A stretch of 64,000 bases of DNA, taken from assembly GCF_023055435.1 (NCBI RefSeq), contig NW_025964323.1, positions 868,001-932,000 of the forward strand, written 5' to 3'. A program made the translations under genes and the position numbers. Every line of letters begins with the position of its first letter. Within the stretch, counting starts at the first letter, position 1. Below are positions 38,726 through 59,471 of this stretch, one piece after another. The notes under the pieces are model-generated. The model made no database searches. It was not told the DNA's origin and saw only the letters and a list, made by a program, of their open reading frames with translations. The DNA is from Haliotis rufescens (Eukaryota).

Positions 38726-38933
38726 GTTATCGTCAATGGTTAAGCTCCGGTTAAGCAGCATTATGTTCATTCAGCTGAAGCTATTATATGTTACTGCGAC
38801 GCTGTACATATTTTTCGTCTCATTTGCTGTTCATATTTTTCTATAATGTACACCGGCAGGTTATGTATGTATTTCATATTCGAAAGATTTACATTTAGAA
38901 ACATTTTGGCACATTATATTTGTTTACAAGTCA

Positions 38934-40028
38934 GTTTATACATCGCACAATCCAAAGGATAACACAAGTGCAGATAACCCAAAAATGTTTTATTGTATGT
39001 AAGATTTAATGTATGTAACATGTTCTTTTCAATCCTGTTTATGCATGTTACATCACAGTACAAAAAATGGTTAGATGTCACCGTAATGAATCTTTCAGGT
39101 TAATAAACATCATATACACACACGTATTTCAAACCATACATACACATCTAACCATACATACACGTACATTCATAAGTACATACATGTACGTATCCATTCA
39201 CATAGTCATATGACCTTATTCAATAGCCAAATATAAACATATATGTATATTGTTTAGTTTCAGAATCTAAATGTTTTCATTCCCTCTCACCGCCATTAAC
39301 ATATGAGCGTCCCCCACCCGCCAAAAGGTCATTAACAATGATCAGTCGTTTTAGTTTTATATGCTTTATTACCTTATAAGCCGACCCTGAAAATCAGGAA
39401 TGCTGAAAGCTTGAAATCAAGTTCTAAACTTTTTGTTACCATTGACTCAGTTGACTAGTAGAAAAACTGTTTATACATTGCACAGTCCAAAAGATAACAC
39501 AAGTGCAGATAACCTAAAAATGTTTGATTGTATGTAAGATTTAATGTATTTAACATGCTCTTTTCAATCCTGTTTATGCATGTGACATCACAGTACACAA
39601 AATGGTTAGATGTCACTGCAGTGAGTTTTTCAGGTTAATAAACATCACATACACACACGTATATCTAACCATACATACACATCTATAGCTAACCATACAT
39701 ACACAACTTACCATTTATACACACACATTCATAAGTACAAACATGTACGTACCCATTCACATAGTCATATGACCTTATTCAATAGCCAAATATCAACATA
39801 TATGTATATTGTTTAGTGTCAGAATCTAAATGTTTTTATTCCCTCTCACCGTCATCAACATATGAGCGTCCCCCACCCGCCAAAGGGTCATTAACAATGA
39901 TCAGGCGTTTTAGTTATATTTTCTTTATTACCTTATACACCGACCCTGAAAATCAGGAATGCTGAAAGCTTGAAATCCAGTTCTAAACTTTTTATATACC
40001 ATTGACTCCTTTGACAAGTAGAAAAACT
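38934..40028. repeat. Local tandem duplication (535 + 560 bp) unique to the spacer upstream of copy 6
   Basis: Two diverged copies joined at a GTTT microhomology (39469-39472). Single copy in the other spacers. Confidence 0.85.
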
Positions 40029-40767
40029 GTTTCGTTTTCTGCTTTTAAAGTAAAATGAATCAATGATAGTAGTAGAACGTCATTCCTTATGTCATTTCCT
40101 TGCCGTTTTACTGAGCATATATGTAATCACAAACGTAATCTTTCCTATGCGCCTGGCAACAAACACTTCCGTTTTTTGTCCCAACTGTTTGAGTCTTCAA
40201 TTATCCATTCATACATTTTCACCGCTATTTTGCTTTTTATGCCCAATGGAATCTGCTTTGGCAGATAATAAGGCTTGGTTATTATCTGGTTTTGACGTTT
40301 TTCATTAAATTGAACGCCTGGTGTCATTGTTGGTGTTGCAGTGTTTCCAACATTAGCTTTGCTTGTGTGCTATCTTTTGTTAAAATGTCGTGGATCTTCC
40401 TCTCACTCCGAACTGTGGTTTTCCCCTTAGGAAGAAATTCTTAAATTACAATGTCCTTGTCATCTCCAGGAGTGTTGTGTATATCACGATAAGTTGTGAT
40501 AAAAGTGTTGAATGTGTTGATTGTGGCCAACGCACAGTGATGTTTCTTCTGTTGCTGATTGTAAATACATGATTGTTACGAACGGAATTTTGTCCACCCT
40601 GTGAGTTAGCAACAAACCGAACATTTACATGAACATCTGCAAATGATTGTACAACAATCTATACACATGGCACACTAACTAATCAACATATGAATTGCCT
40701 TTATTAAAATCATCTTAAAAGTGAAGACGAATACACAATGCCATTTAGAAAGTGGTCAAATGTAACA

Positions 40768-40985
40768 AATGATATATTTGGGATAACACCTTCTTAGTAA
40801 AGTAGATTCTCGTACTGTTTGGGTTGAGTCCCATCCCACACTGCCAGAGTGAGTCACCTAATCGCCAGCACACACAGTCAGCGATCTAACCCTGGCAGTG
40901 TGGGTTAGAATCCCGGATGGGACACAACCCAAAACGTTTGAGAATCTGAACGTTACTAATAAAGTGGTATCCCAAATATAACATG
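40768..40985. mobile_element. Palindromic MITE-like element, about 75-bp imperfect arms
   Basis: TATATTTGGGATA...CCCACACTGCCAG pairs with CTGGCAGTGTGGG...TATCCCAAATATA. Confidence 0.65.
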
Positions 40986-42794
40986 TGTTAAACCTTAAAA
41001 GTGTTCATCTATCAGGTACCCACATTAACCAATACTAATTGGGCAGTGCTGATGCTTACTTCTCCTGCACATGTCCGCAAACAAACAAAAATGCAGAGAG
41101 CTGTAGCTCTTAATCCCAAATAACAACACCCAGGGTGAGGGCACAGTGACGTCAACAAACGCAGTGGTGTAGTTTTCCATGTTCTTCCCATTTGTACATG
41201 CTTGGGTTATCTTAAAGTTTAGCAACATTCACTCTATTAGGCCAGTCAGTGTGTGTACACCAGCATCGTCAGGGCCAATTATCAAAAACTGTGACACCAG
41301 CTCAAGCTACGATTAACGGGTCTGCCAATTGTTTGGATATCTTCGAACCAAAGGTAATTAGTCATCACACTAATTATTAAATACCCGGTCGTCGGTATTG
41401 TCTGGGCCAATTACAGTGTTGATCACACATTATTCAATCACTGTTATGCACATCTTCGTGGGGATCTGATCTCTGACAATTCTCAAGGGAAGGAATGTTG
41501 CCTTTGTTATTTTCTTTCCGTGGATACCTGGATGATATCCCAGAATTTCGACCTGTGCTGGGACCTGTGCTGCGCCACCCGGAAGCGTATTTGTCCCTTT
41601 TATTGATAGAAAATGATCGTATCATCATGTTGATCAACTAAAATTGAATACAGTTTGGTCTTGGAAAGAATTGTTGGCGTCCTAGAGGTCGCATCAGTAA
41701 TGGTGACGAAGTTATGAAAAGTCACTAGATATTCTGTGATTTTCGTTTGCACTTTTTTGACTAGAAACACAAAGTAATGATTTCCCCCTGATTAGTGCTT
41801 ATCATATCGTGATTAAAGTATATGTGTGAAAGTCAATGTGTAAACCGCCTAAATAGTTCATTTGTTTTAATATTAATTTTAAAAACCCGTCCATTAATTG
41901 TAAAATGATAACGAATGTAAAACCTTTTGATGGTTTGATTTCATCACCCAGAAAACGAAAGTCCAAATATGTTTATTTATATATACACGACATTTCCGTT
42001 ATTGGCTACGTTTTACTTTGAAGTTACACCTGTTATTGGATTTGAGGACAAGTCATTGCCCATATTAGCTGATACGTCAAAGTAGAACTATAGGTTTATG
42101 GAGCATGCAACTGCCAGTATTCGCGTTGTCGCCAAACAGTTTTTCGTGATATCGGAAGAATAAAACAGCCCATGGTCTAAAGAATCTCTTTGAAAACAGT
42201 TTGACATGATATTTCGTATTCTCTTTGTTTTTACGCACGAGAACATGATAAAAATCTTTTATGGATAACAACTTCTTATTGTTTCCAATGACGTTTCAGG
42301 GCTAGTTATTGTCCTTTCACCAAGTGAATAACTTATTATGGATAACAACCTTTTAGAAAATGTAAATGTTCGTTTAGAGTTCATTTAAAAAAAAAAAAGA
42401 TGAGGTGAGGTGAGGTGAAATTGGGTTTGGCGTCGCGTTCTAGATAGTTCTTCATTCTAAAGTGGCACATGGCAGGTAATTGTATCTTCAATATTTTCGA
42501 TTAACATGTTTTCTTTGACAAACCTCGCCCTAGTTATGTTGTAACATTTGTCAGGTCCCTACCCGTGCTTGTGGGTTTCGCCAATTTGGTAAACGTCTGA
42601 GCCCTGCATCACTTACGGTTTTCCGTTAAGGTGACACGTTGTGTTAATATAACTGGAATACTGTTAAAAGCGTCGTTAAACCCAAATCACTATATCTCAC
42701 TTTTCGATACTGGTATGAACTGTTGAATATAGATAGAAACAAAATTGCTGATTGGATTCAGATTTATTTCTGACTGTACAGGGCAATAGCAAGT

Positions 42795-45038
<2,244 letters not shown>

Positions 45039-45057
45039 GTTGAATGTTGGAGGAAGG

Positions 45058-45165
45058 CACTTGAGTTGTAACTGAACTACACGGGGACTGTTTATATAAC
45101 CCTCTGGTGTAATCTTGTTCCTGATTGGCTGGCTGTTGCCCTGCCTGTAACTACCAACATAGTCA
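45058..45165 (-). promoter_or_regulatory. Core promoter, copy 7 (5-bp shorter TATA-Inr spacer)
   Basis: Same module, spacing 23 instead of 28. Confidence 0.72.
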
Positions 45166-48100
45166 ATTGTTATCGCCATTGGTTAAGCTCCGGTTAAGCA
45201 GCATTATGTTCATTCAACTGAAGCTATTATAATATGTTACTGCGACGCTGTACATATTTGTCGTCTCATTTGCTGTTCATATTTTTCTATGATGTACACC
45301 GGCAGGTTATGTATGTATTTCATATTCGAAAGATTAACATTTAGAAACATTTTGGCACATTATATTTGTTTACAAGTCAGTTTATACATTACACAATCCA
45401 AAGGATAACACAAGTGCAGATAACCCAAAAATGTTTTATTGTATGTAAGATTTAATGTATGTAACATGTTCTTTTCAATCCTGTTTATGCATGTTACATC
45501 ACAGTACACAAAATGGTTTAGATGTCAGTGTAATGTGTTTTGCAGGTTAATAAACATCACATACACACACGTATATCTAACCATACATACACATCTTACC
45601 ATACATACACATGCATTCATAAATACATACATACATGTACGTACCCATACACAATCAATAGCCAAATATAAATATATATGTATATTGTTTAGATTCAAAA
45701 TCTAACTCTTTTCATTCCCTCTCACCGCCATTTATATATCAGCTTCTTCCACCCGCCAAAGGGTCATTAACAATGATCAGACGTTTTAGTTTTATTTGCT
45801 TTATTAATAGATACGTCGACCCTGAAAATCAGGAATGCTGAAAACCTGACTCCGTTGAATAGTAGAAAAACATTTTCAAATATATTTCGTTTTCTGCTTT
45901 CAAAGTAAAATGAATCAATGATAGAAGTGGAACGTCATTCCTTACCCTTTTACTGAGCATATATGTAATCACAAACGTAATCTTTCCATGCGTCACGCAA
46001 CAAACACTTTCTTTTTTTACACACTTTTTGAGTTTTCAATTATCCATTCATATAATTTTCACCGCTATTTTGCTTTTTATGCCCAATGGAATCTGTTTCG
46101 GCAGATAATTGGGCTTGGTTATTCTCTGACGTTGACGGTTTTCATTATTTTAAAAGGCCTGGTGTCATTGCTGGTGTTGCAGTGTTTCAAACATCACCTT
46201 TGCTTGTGTGCTAGGTTTTGTTAAAATGTAGTGCATCTTGCTGATTAGATAATATCTCATTGGTAATGAAAATGCTGTTGTTGGTGGAGTGAGTATGATT
46301 CTACGCCGCTGTTATCACGGCAGGTTTGCCAGAAATGGGCTTCACACATTGTGCCAATATTGGGAATCGAACCCGGGCCAACGTAAAGTGGTGTTTCGTC
46401 TGTTGATGATTGTAAATACTTGATTGTTACGAACGAAATTTTGTCCACCCTGGGAGTTAGCAACAAACCGAACATTTCAATGAACATTTGCCAATGATTG
46501 TGTGATCGGTACAACAAATCTATACACATGGCACACTAACTAATCAACATAATTATGAATTTCCTTTACGAAAATCATCTTAAAAGTGAATACGAATACA
46601 CAATGCCATTTAGAAAGTGGTCAAATGTAACAAATGTTATATTAGTGTGGGTTAGAATCCCGGATTTGACTCAACCCCAAAAGTACGAGAATCTGTACGT
46701 TACTAAGAAAGTGTTATCCCAAATATAACATGTGTAACGTTTTAAAAGTGTTCATCTATCAGGTATCCACATGGGCCAACACTAATTGGGCAATGTTGAT
46801 GCTTACTTCACCTGCACATGTCCGCTAAAAAGCAAACATGCAGCGAGCTGTAGCTCTTAATCCCATATGACAACACAAAGGGTGAGGGCACAGTGACATT
46901 AACACACGGAGAGGTGTAGTTTTTCGTATTCTTCCAATTTGTATATGCTTGGGTTATCTTAAAGTATAGCAACATTCACTCTATTGGGCCACTCAGTCTG
47001 TGTACACCAGCATCGTCAGGGCCAATTATCAAAAACTGTGACACCAGCTCAAGCTACGATTAACGGGTCTGCCAATTGTTTGGATATCTTCGAACCAAAG
47101 GTAATATTCCCTATTAGTCATCACACTAATTATTAAGTGCCCGGTCGTCGGTATTGTCTGGGCCATTTACAGTGTTGATCACACATTATTCAATCACTGT
47201 GATGCACGTCTTCGTGGGGATCTGATCTCTGACAATTCTCAAGGGAAGGAATGTTGCCTTTGTTATTTTCTTTCCGTGGATACCTGGATGATATCCCAGA
47301 ATTTCGACTACTTCGCGACCTGTGCTGCGCCACCCGGAAGCGTATTTGTCCCTTTTATTGATAGAAAATGGTCGTATCATCATCTTGATCGATTAAAATG
47401 AAATACAGTTTGGTCTTGGAAAGAATTATTGGCGTCCTAGAGGTCGCATCAGTAATGGTGACGAAGTTATGAAAAGTCACTTGATATTCTGTGATTTTCG
47501 TTTGCACTTTTTTGACTAGAAACACAAAGTAATGATTTCCCCCTGATTAGTGCTGATCATATCGTGTTAAAGTATATGTGTGAAAGTCAATGTGTAAACC
47601 GCCTAAATAGTTCATTTGTTTTAATATTAATCTTAAAACCCCATCCATTAATTGTAAAATGATCACGAATGTAAAACCTTTTGATTGTTTGATTTCATCA
47701 CCCAGAAAACGAAAGTCCAAATATGTTTATTTATATATACACGACATTTCCGTTATTGGCTACGTTTTACTTTGAGGTTACACCTGTTATTAGATTTGAG
47801 GACAAGTCATGGCCCATATTAGCTGATACTTCAAAGTAGAACTATAGGTTTATGGAGCATGCAACTGCCAGTATTCGCGTTGTCGCCAAACAGTTTTTCG
47901 TGATATCGGAAGAATAAAACAGACCATGGTCTAAAGAATCTCTTTGAAAACAGTTTGACCATGTTCATGATATTTCGTATTCTCTTTGTATTTACGCACG
48001 AGAACATGATAAAAATCTTTTATGGATAACAACTTCTTATTGTTTCCAATGACGTTTCAGGGCTAGTTATTGTCCTTTCACCAAGTGAATAACTTATTGT

Positions 48101-48556
48101 GGATAACAACCTTTTTCGAAAATGTAAATGTTCGTTTAGAGTTCATTTAAAAAAAAAAAAGATGAGGTGAGGTGAGGTGAAATTGGGTTTGGCGTCGCGT
48201 TCTAGATAGTTCTTGATTCTAAAGTGGCACATGGCAGGTAATTGTATCTTCAATATTTTCGATTAACATGTTTTCTTTGACAAACCTCGCCCTAGTTATG
48301 TTGTAACATTTGTCAGGTCCCTACCCGTGCTTGTGGGTTTCGCCAAATTGGTAAACGTCTGAGCCCTGCATCACTTACGGTTTTCCGTTAAGGTGACACG
48401 TTGTGTTAATATAACTGGAATACTGTTAAAAGCGTCGTTAAACCCAAATCACTATAACTCACTTTTCGATACTGGTATGAACTGTTGAATATAAATAGAA
48501 ACAAAATTGCTGATTGGATTCAGATTTATTTCTGACTGTACAGGGCAATAGCAAGT

Positions 48557-50798
<2,242 letters not shown>

Positions 50799-50817
50799 GT
50801 TGAATGTTGGAGGAAGG

Positions 50818-50925
50818 CACTTGAGTTGTAACTGAACTACACGGGGACTGTTTATATAACCCTCTGGTGTAATCTTGTTCCTGATTGGCTGGCTGTTGCC
50901 CTGCCTGTAACTACCAACATAGTCA
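50818..50925 (-). promoter_or_regulatory. Core promoter, copy 8 (5-bp shorter TATA-Inr spacer)
   Basis: Identical to the copy 7 promoter. Confidence 0.72.
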
Positions 50926-53188
50926 ATTGTTATCGCCATTGGTTAAGCTCCGGTTAAGCAGCATTATGTTCATTCAACTGAAGCTATTATAATATGTTAC
51001 TGCGACGCTGTACATATTTGTCGTTTCATTTGCTGTTCATATTTTTCTATAATGTACACCGGCAGGTTATGTATGTATTTCATATTCGAAAGATTTACAT
51101 TTAGAAACATTTTGGCACATTATATTTGTTTACAAGTCAGTTTATACATTACACAATCCAAAGGATAACACAAGTGCAGATAACCCAAAAATGTTTTATT
51201 GTATGTAAGATTTAATGTATGTAACATGTTCTTTTCAATCCTGTTTATGCATGTTACATCACAGTATACAAAATCATTTAGATGTCAGTGTAATGTGTTT
51301 TGCAGGTTAATAAACATCACATACACACACGTATATCTAACCATACATACACATCTTACCATACATACACATGCATTCATAAATACATACATACATGTAC
51401 GTACCCATACACAATCAATAGCCAAATATAAATATATATGTATATTGATTAGATTCAAAATCTAACTCTTTTCATTCCCTCTCACCGCCATTTATATATC
51501 AGCTTCTTCCACCCGCCAAAGGGTCATTAACAATGATCAGACGTTTTAGTTTTATTTGCTTTATTAATAGATACGTCGACCCTGAAAATCAGGAATGCTG
51601 AAAACTTGACTCCGTTGAATAGTAGAAAAACATTTTCAAATATATTTCGTTTTCTGCTTTCAAAGTAAAATGAATCAATGATAGAAGTGGAACGTCATTC
51701 CTTACCCTTTTACTGAGCATATATGTAATCACAAACGTAATCTTTCCATGCGTCACGCAACAAACACTTTCTTTTTTTACACACTTTTTGAGTTTTCAAT
51801 TATCCATTCATATAATTTTCACCGCTATTTTGCTTTTTATGCCCAATGGAATCTGTTTCGGCAGATAATTGGGCTTGGTTATTCTCTGACGTTGACGGTT
51901 TTCATTATTTTAAAAAAGCCTGGTGTCATTGCTGGTGTTGCAGTGTTTCAAACATCACCTTTGCTTGTGTGCTAGGTTTTGTTAAAATGTAGTGGATCTT
52001 GCTGATTAGATAATATCTCATTGGTAATGAAAATGCTGTTGTTGGTGGAGTGAGTATGATTCTACGCCGCTGTTATCACGACAGGTTTGCCAGAAATGGG
52101 CTTCACACATTGTGCCAATATTGGGAATCGAACCCGGGCCAACGTAAAGTGGTGTTTCGTCTGTTGATGATTGTAAATACTTGATTGTTACGAACGAAAT
52201 TTTGTCCACCCAACAAACCGAACATTTCAATGAACATTTGCCAATGATTGTGTGATCGGTACAACAAATCTATACACGTGGCACACTAACTAATCAACAT
52301 AATTATGAATTTCCTTTACGAAAATCATCTTAAAAGTGAATACGAATACACAATGCCATTTAGAAAGTGGTCAAATGTAACAAATGTTATATTAGTGTGG
52401 GTTAGAATCCCGGATTTGACTCAACCCCAAAAGTACGAGAATCTGTACGTTACTAAGAAAGTGTTATCCCAAATATAACATGTGTAACGTTTTAAAAGTG
52501 TTCATCTATCAGGTATCCACATGGGCCAACACTAATTGGGCAATGTTGATGCTTACTTCACCTGCACATGTCCGCTAAAAAGCAAACATGCAGCGAGCTG
52601 TAGCTCTTAATCCCATTTGACAACACAAAGGGTGAGGGCACAGTGACATTAACACACGGAGAGGTGTAGTTTTTCGTATTCTTCCAATTTGTATATGCTT
52701 GGGTTATCTTAAAGTATAGCAACATTCACTCTATTGGGCCACTCAGTCTGTGTACACCAGCATCGTCAGGGCCAATTATCAAGAACTGTGACACCAGCTC
52801 AAGCTACGATTAACGGGTCTGCCAATTGTTTGGATATCTTCGAACCAAAGGTAATATTCCCCATTAGTCATCACACTAATTATTAAGTGCCCGGTCGTCG
52901 GTATTGTCTGGGCCATTTACAGTGTTGATCACACATAATTCAATCACGGTGATGCACGTCTTCGTGGGGATCTGATCTCTGACAATTCTCAAGGGAAGGA
53001 ATGTTGCCTTTGTTATTTTCTTTCCGTGGATACCTGGATGATATCCCAGAATTTCGACCTGTGCTGCGACCTGTGCTGCGCCACCGGAAGCGTATTTGTC
53101 CCTTTTATTGATAGAAAATGGTCGTATCATCACGTTGATCAACTAAAATGAAATACAGTTTGGTCTTGGAAAGAATTATTGGCGTCCT

Positions 53189-53242
53189 GAACAGAACAGA
53201 AGAGAAGTTTAATGCTCGTAAGAAAATCACACAGAGTGTCCT
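53189..53242 (-). mobile_element. 54-nt insertion, probable LINE 3' tip
   Basis: Absent from the homologous spacers. GTCCT direct repeat; minus strand ends ATTAAA-CTTCTCTTCTGTTCTGTTC. Confidence 0.55.
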
Positions 53243-54362
53243 AGAGGTCGCATCAGTAATGGTGACGAAGTTATGAAAAGTCACTTGATATTCTGTGATT
53301 TTCGTTTGCACTTTTTTGACTAGAAACACAAAGTAATGATTTCCCCCTGATTAGTGCTTATCATATCGTGTTAAAGCATATGTGTGAAAGTCAATGTGTA
53401 AACCGCCTAAATAGTTCATTTGTTTTAATAATAATCTTAAAACCCCGTCCATTACTTGTAAAATGATAACGAATGTAAAACCTTTTGATGGTTTGATTTC
53501 ATCACCCAGAAAACGAAAGTCAAGATATATTTATTTATTTATTTATATATACACAACATTTCCGTTATTTGCTAGGTTTTACTTTGAAGTTACACCTGTT
53601 ATTGGATTTGAGGACAAGTCATGGCCCATATTAGCTGATACTTCAAAGTAGAACTATAGGTTTATGGAGCATGCAACTGCCAGTATTCGCGTTGTCGCCA
53701 AACAGTTTTTCGTGATATCGGAAGAATAAAACAGACCATGGTCTAAAGAATCTTTTTGAAAACAGTTTGACCATGTTCATGATATTTCGTATTCTCTTTG
53801 TTTTTACGCACGAGAAAATGATAAAAAAAATTATGGATAACAACTTCTTATTGTTTCCAATGACGTTTCAGGGCTAGTTATTGTCCTTTCACCAAGTGAA
53901 TAACTTATTATGGATAACAACCTTTTAGAAAATGTAAATGGTCGTTTAGAGTTCATTTAAAAAAAAAAGATGAGGTGAGGTGAGGTGAAATTGGGTTTGG
54001 CGTCGCGTTCAATATAATTCTTGTTTCTAAAGTGGCACATGGCAGGTAATTATCTTCAATATTTTCGATTAACATGTTTTCTTTGACAAACCTCGCCCTA
54101 GTTATGTTGTAACATTTGTCAGGTCCCTACCCGTGCTTGTGGGTTTCGCCAAATTGGTAAACGCCTGAGCCCTGCATCACTTACGGTTTTCCGTTAAGGT
54201 GACACGTTGTGTTAATATAACTGGAATACTGTTAAAAGCGTCGTTAAACCCAAATCACTATATCTCACTTTTCGATACTGGTATGAACTGTTGAATATAA
54301 ATAGAAACAAAATTGCTGATTGGATTCAGATTTATTTCTGACTGTACAGGGCAATAGCAAGT

Positions 54363-56887
<2,525 letters not shown>

Positions 56888-56946
56888 ATTGAATGTTGGA
56901 AGGAAGGAGGCGGTAAATCCTTACTCCTGTTGAATACAAGTTGGGC

Positions 56947-57055
56947 ACTTGAGTTGTAACTGACCATAACTGCACGGAGACTGTTTATATAACCCCGTGT
57001 TGTAATCTTGTTTCCGATTGGCTGGCCGTTGCCCTGCCTGTAACTACCAACGAAG
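56947..57055 (-). promoter_or_regulatory. Core promoter, copy 9
   Basis: Same module, with the long 5'UTR type seen in copy 4. Confidence 0.75.
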
Positions 57056-58287
57056 TCAATTGTTATTGTCATTGGATAAGCCCCAGATAAGCAGCATTAT
57101 TATTCATTCAATAAAAGCTGTTATAATATCTTTCTGCGACGCTGATATCTCTCTCGATCTGTGTACAAATGTTTATATATGTTTTCCTGTTTTCCATATT
57201 TCCTACGATTGTCATACAAAGATGTTCAACAGGTTATGTATGCATGTCATAATCGACAGATTTACATTAAGAAGCATTTTGGCATATTAGATTCTTTTTA
57301 CGAGTCAGTTTATACATTTCATGTATGTAACAGGTTCTTTTCAAGCCTATTCATTCATGTAACATGAGGTCCAAGTATACAGTATGAGTAGATGTCATTG
57401 TAATGTGTTCTTTCAGGTTCCAAAATGTTACCGATACGATTGTCTTTGGAACATTTTTGGTTCACTACATATAGAGACATCAGATACACACCCTCATATC
57501 TAACCATACATACACTAGTGTACACATACACATATTCAATACATATATACATTGCTTTATATAGTGTTTTATAAATATACCATATCCACATTATCAAGAA
57601 CGCGTACTAACTAGAAGTGTTTAGTACCTATAAGTATGAAAACAGTAATATTTTATATTATTTTGATTCAGAATTAAACTGATTTCATTCTTCTCATCCC
57701 CATTTATCTTTGACCTTGCCCGACCCGCAATTGGGTTACATAAAACTATAAGGCGGGGTTATTTTTATCTGCTTTATCAATCGATACGTCGACCCTGAAA
57801 ATCAGGAATGCTGAAAGCTTGAAACTTAGTATGAAGCGTTGTATTACCATTGAGTGCGTTAACTGTCGGAAAACTGTTTCAAATATACTTCGTGTTCTGC
57901 TTTCAATTTAGAATTAACGAATGTAATTTCTTTACTGTTTTGCATTCATAAAACCCCAAATGTAATCTTTCCATGCGTCACGCAACAAACACTTTGTTTA
58001 AATTGTTTAAGTGACGGTTGCAGGATATGTTTACCTTTTTTCATTTCGTGGGCACCTGTCTTCATCACTATTTTGGCTTCTACGCACAATGGAATCGCTT
58101 TCGGCAGATGACTGAGACAGGTTATTCTCTGACGTTGACGTTTTTCATTATATTTAACGTCTGGTGTCATGCTGGTGTTGCAGTGTTTCAAACATCACCT
58201 TTGCTTGTGTGCTAGTTTTTGTTAAAATGTAGTGGATCTTGCTGATTAGATAATATCTCATTGGTAATGAAAATGCTGCTGTTGGTG

Positions 58288-58445
58288 GAGTGAGTATGAT
58301 TCTACGCCGCTGTTAGCAATATTCCAGCACTATCGCGACAGGGAGACCAGGAATGGGCTTCACGCATTGTGCCAATATTGGGAATCGAACCCGTGCCTTC
58401 GGAGTGACGAGCAAACGCTTTAAGCAAAAGGCTACCCCTACGCCT
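58288..58445 (-). mobile_element. SINE family A
   Basis: Same flanks as the 27372 copy, so inherited by duplication. Confidence 0.8.
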
Positions 58446-59364
58446 ACAGGCCACTTGGACGTGGGATGTTCATTATGCATACTTCAGCACACTTACCTAA
58501 TCCTTCATCGGTCATATCTCATTAGTTCCATGCCCATTAATTAGCCAGCCAATTCTCGGACAGTGAGGTAGGAGATTAATGAAGACAATACCTACATCTG
58601 TAATGGAACAGTCCTAATTAGAGTGTTCCACACAGAGGTGTACTTTTTTTTTATCTGCTTCCGATTTGTATATGCTTGGATTATCTTCTCACCACCAACA
58701 CGCTGGTATGGCAACATACACTCCAATAAGCCAGTCAGTCTGTATGCCATTGCATTGTCTGGGCCAATTACTGCGTTGGTTACACAATGAATAATTAGCA
58801 AGAACTGTGACACAAGATCAAGCAACGATTAACTAATCTGTCAGTTGTTTGGATATCTTCTAACCAAAGATAATATTCCCAATTAATCATTATTCTAATT
58901 ATTAAGTACCCGGTCATCGATATTTTATGGGCCAATTGCGGTGTTGATCACACATTATGCAATCACCGTGATGCACGTCTTAAAGAGGCTCTGACCTCTG
59001 ACAGTTCTCCGGAACGGGATGCTGACTTTTTCCGTGGATACCCAGATGTTATCCCAGATGGTATTTCGACTAGTTCACGAACTATGCTGCGCTACTTTTA
59101 AGTACATTTACCGTCTTTATTGATAGTAGAAGCTCGTATCATCACATTGATCAACAAAAATGAAATACAGTTTGGTCTTGAAATTAATAAGGAACTATTG
59201 GCATCTGTGAGGTCGCATCGGTAATGGTGACGAAGTTTTGAAGAGTCATTCGCTAGGAATTCTGTGATTTTCGTTTACACAATTTTGACATGTTATAAAA
59301 ACTAATTATTTCCCCTGAGCATTGCTTATCATGTCGTGTTAATATGTTGCAGTCATTGTGTAAA

Positions 59365-59471
59365 GCCGGGTTCGATTCCCGACATTGGGTACAATGTGTG
59401 AAGCCCATTTCTGGTGTCCCCCGCCGTGATGGTGCTGGAATATTGCTAAAAGCGGCGTAAACCATACTCAC
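59365..59471 (+). mobile_element. SINE family A, 5'-truncated
   Basis: 12-bp TSD TCATTGTGTAAA. The homologous site is empty in spacers 5-8 (GTCAATGTGTAAACC). Confidence 0.85.
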
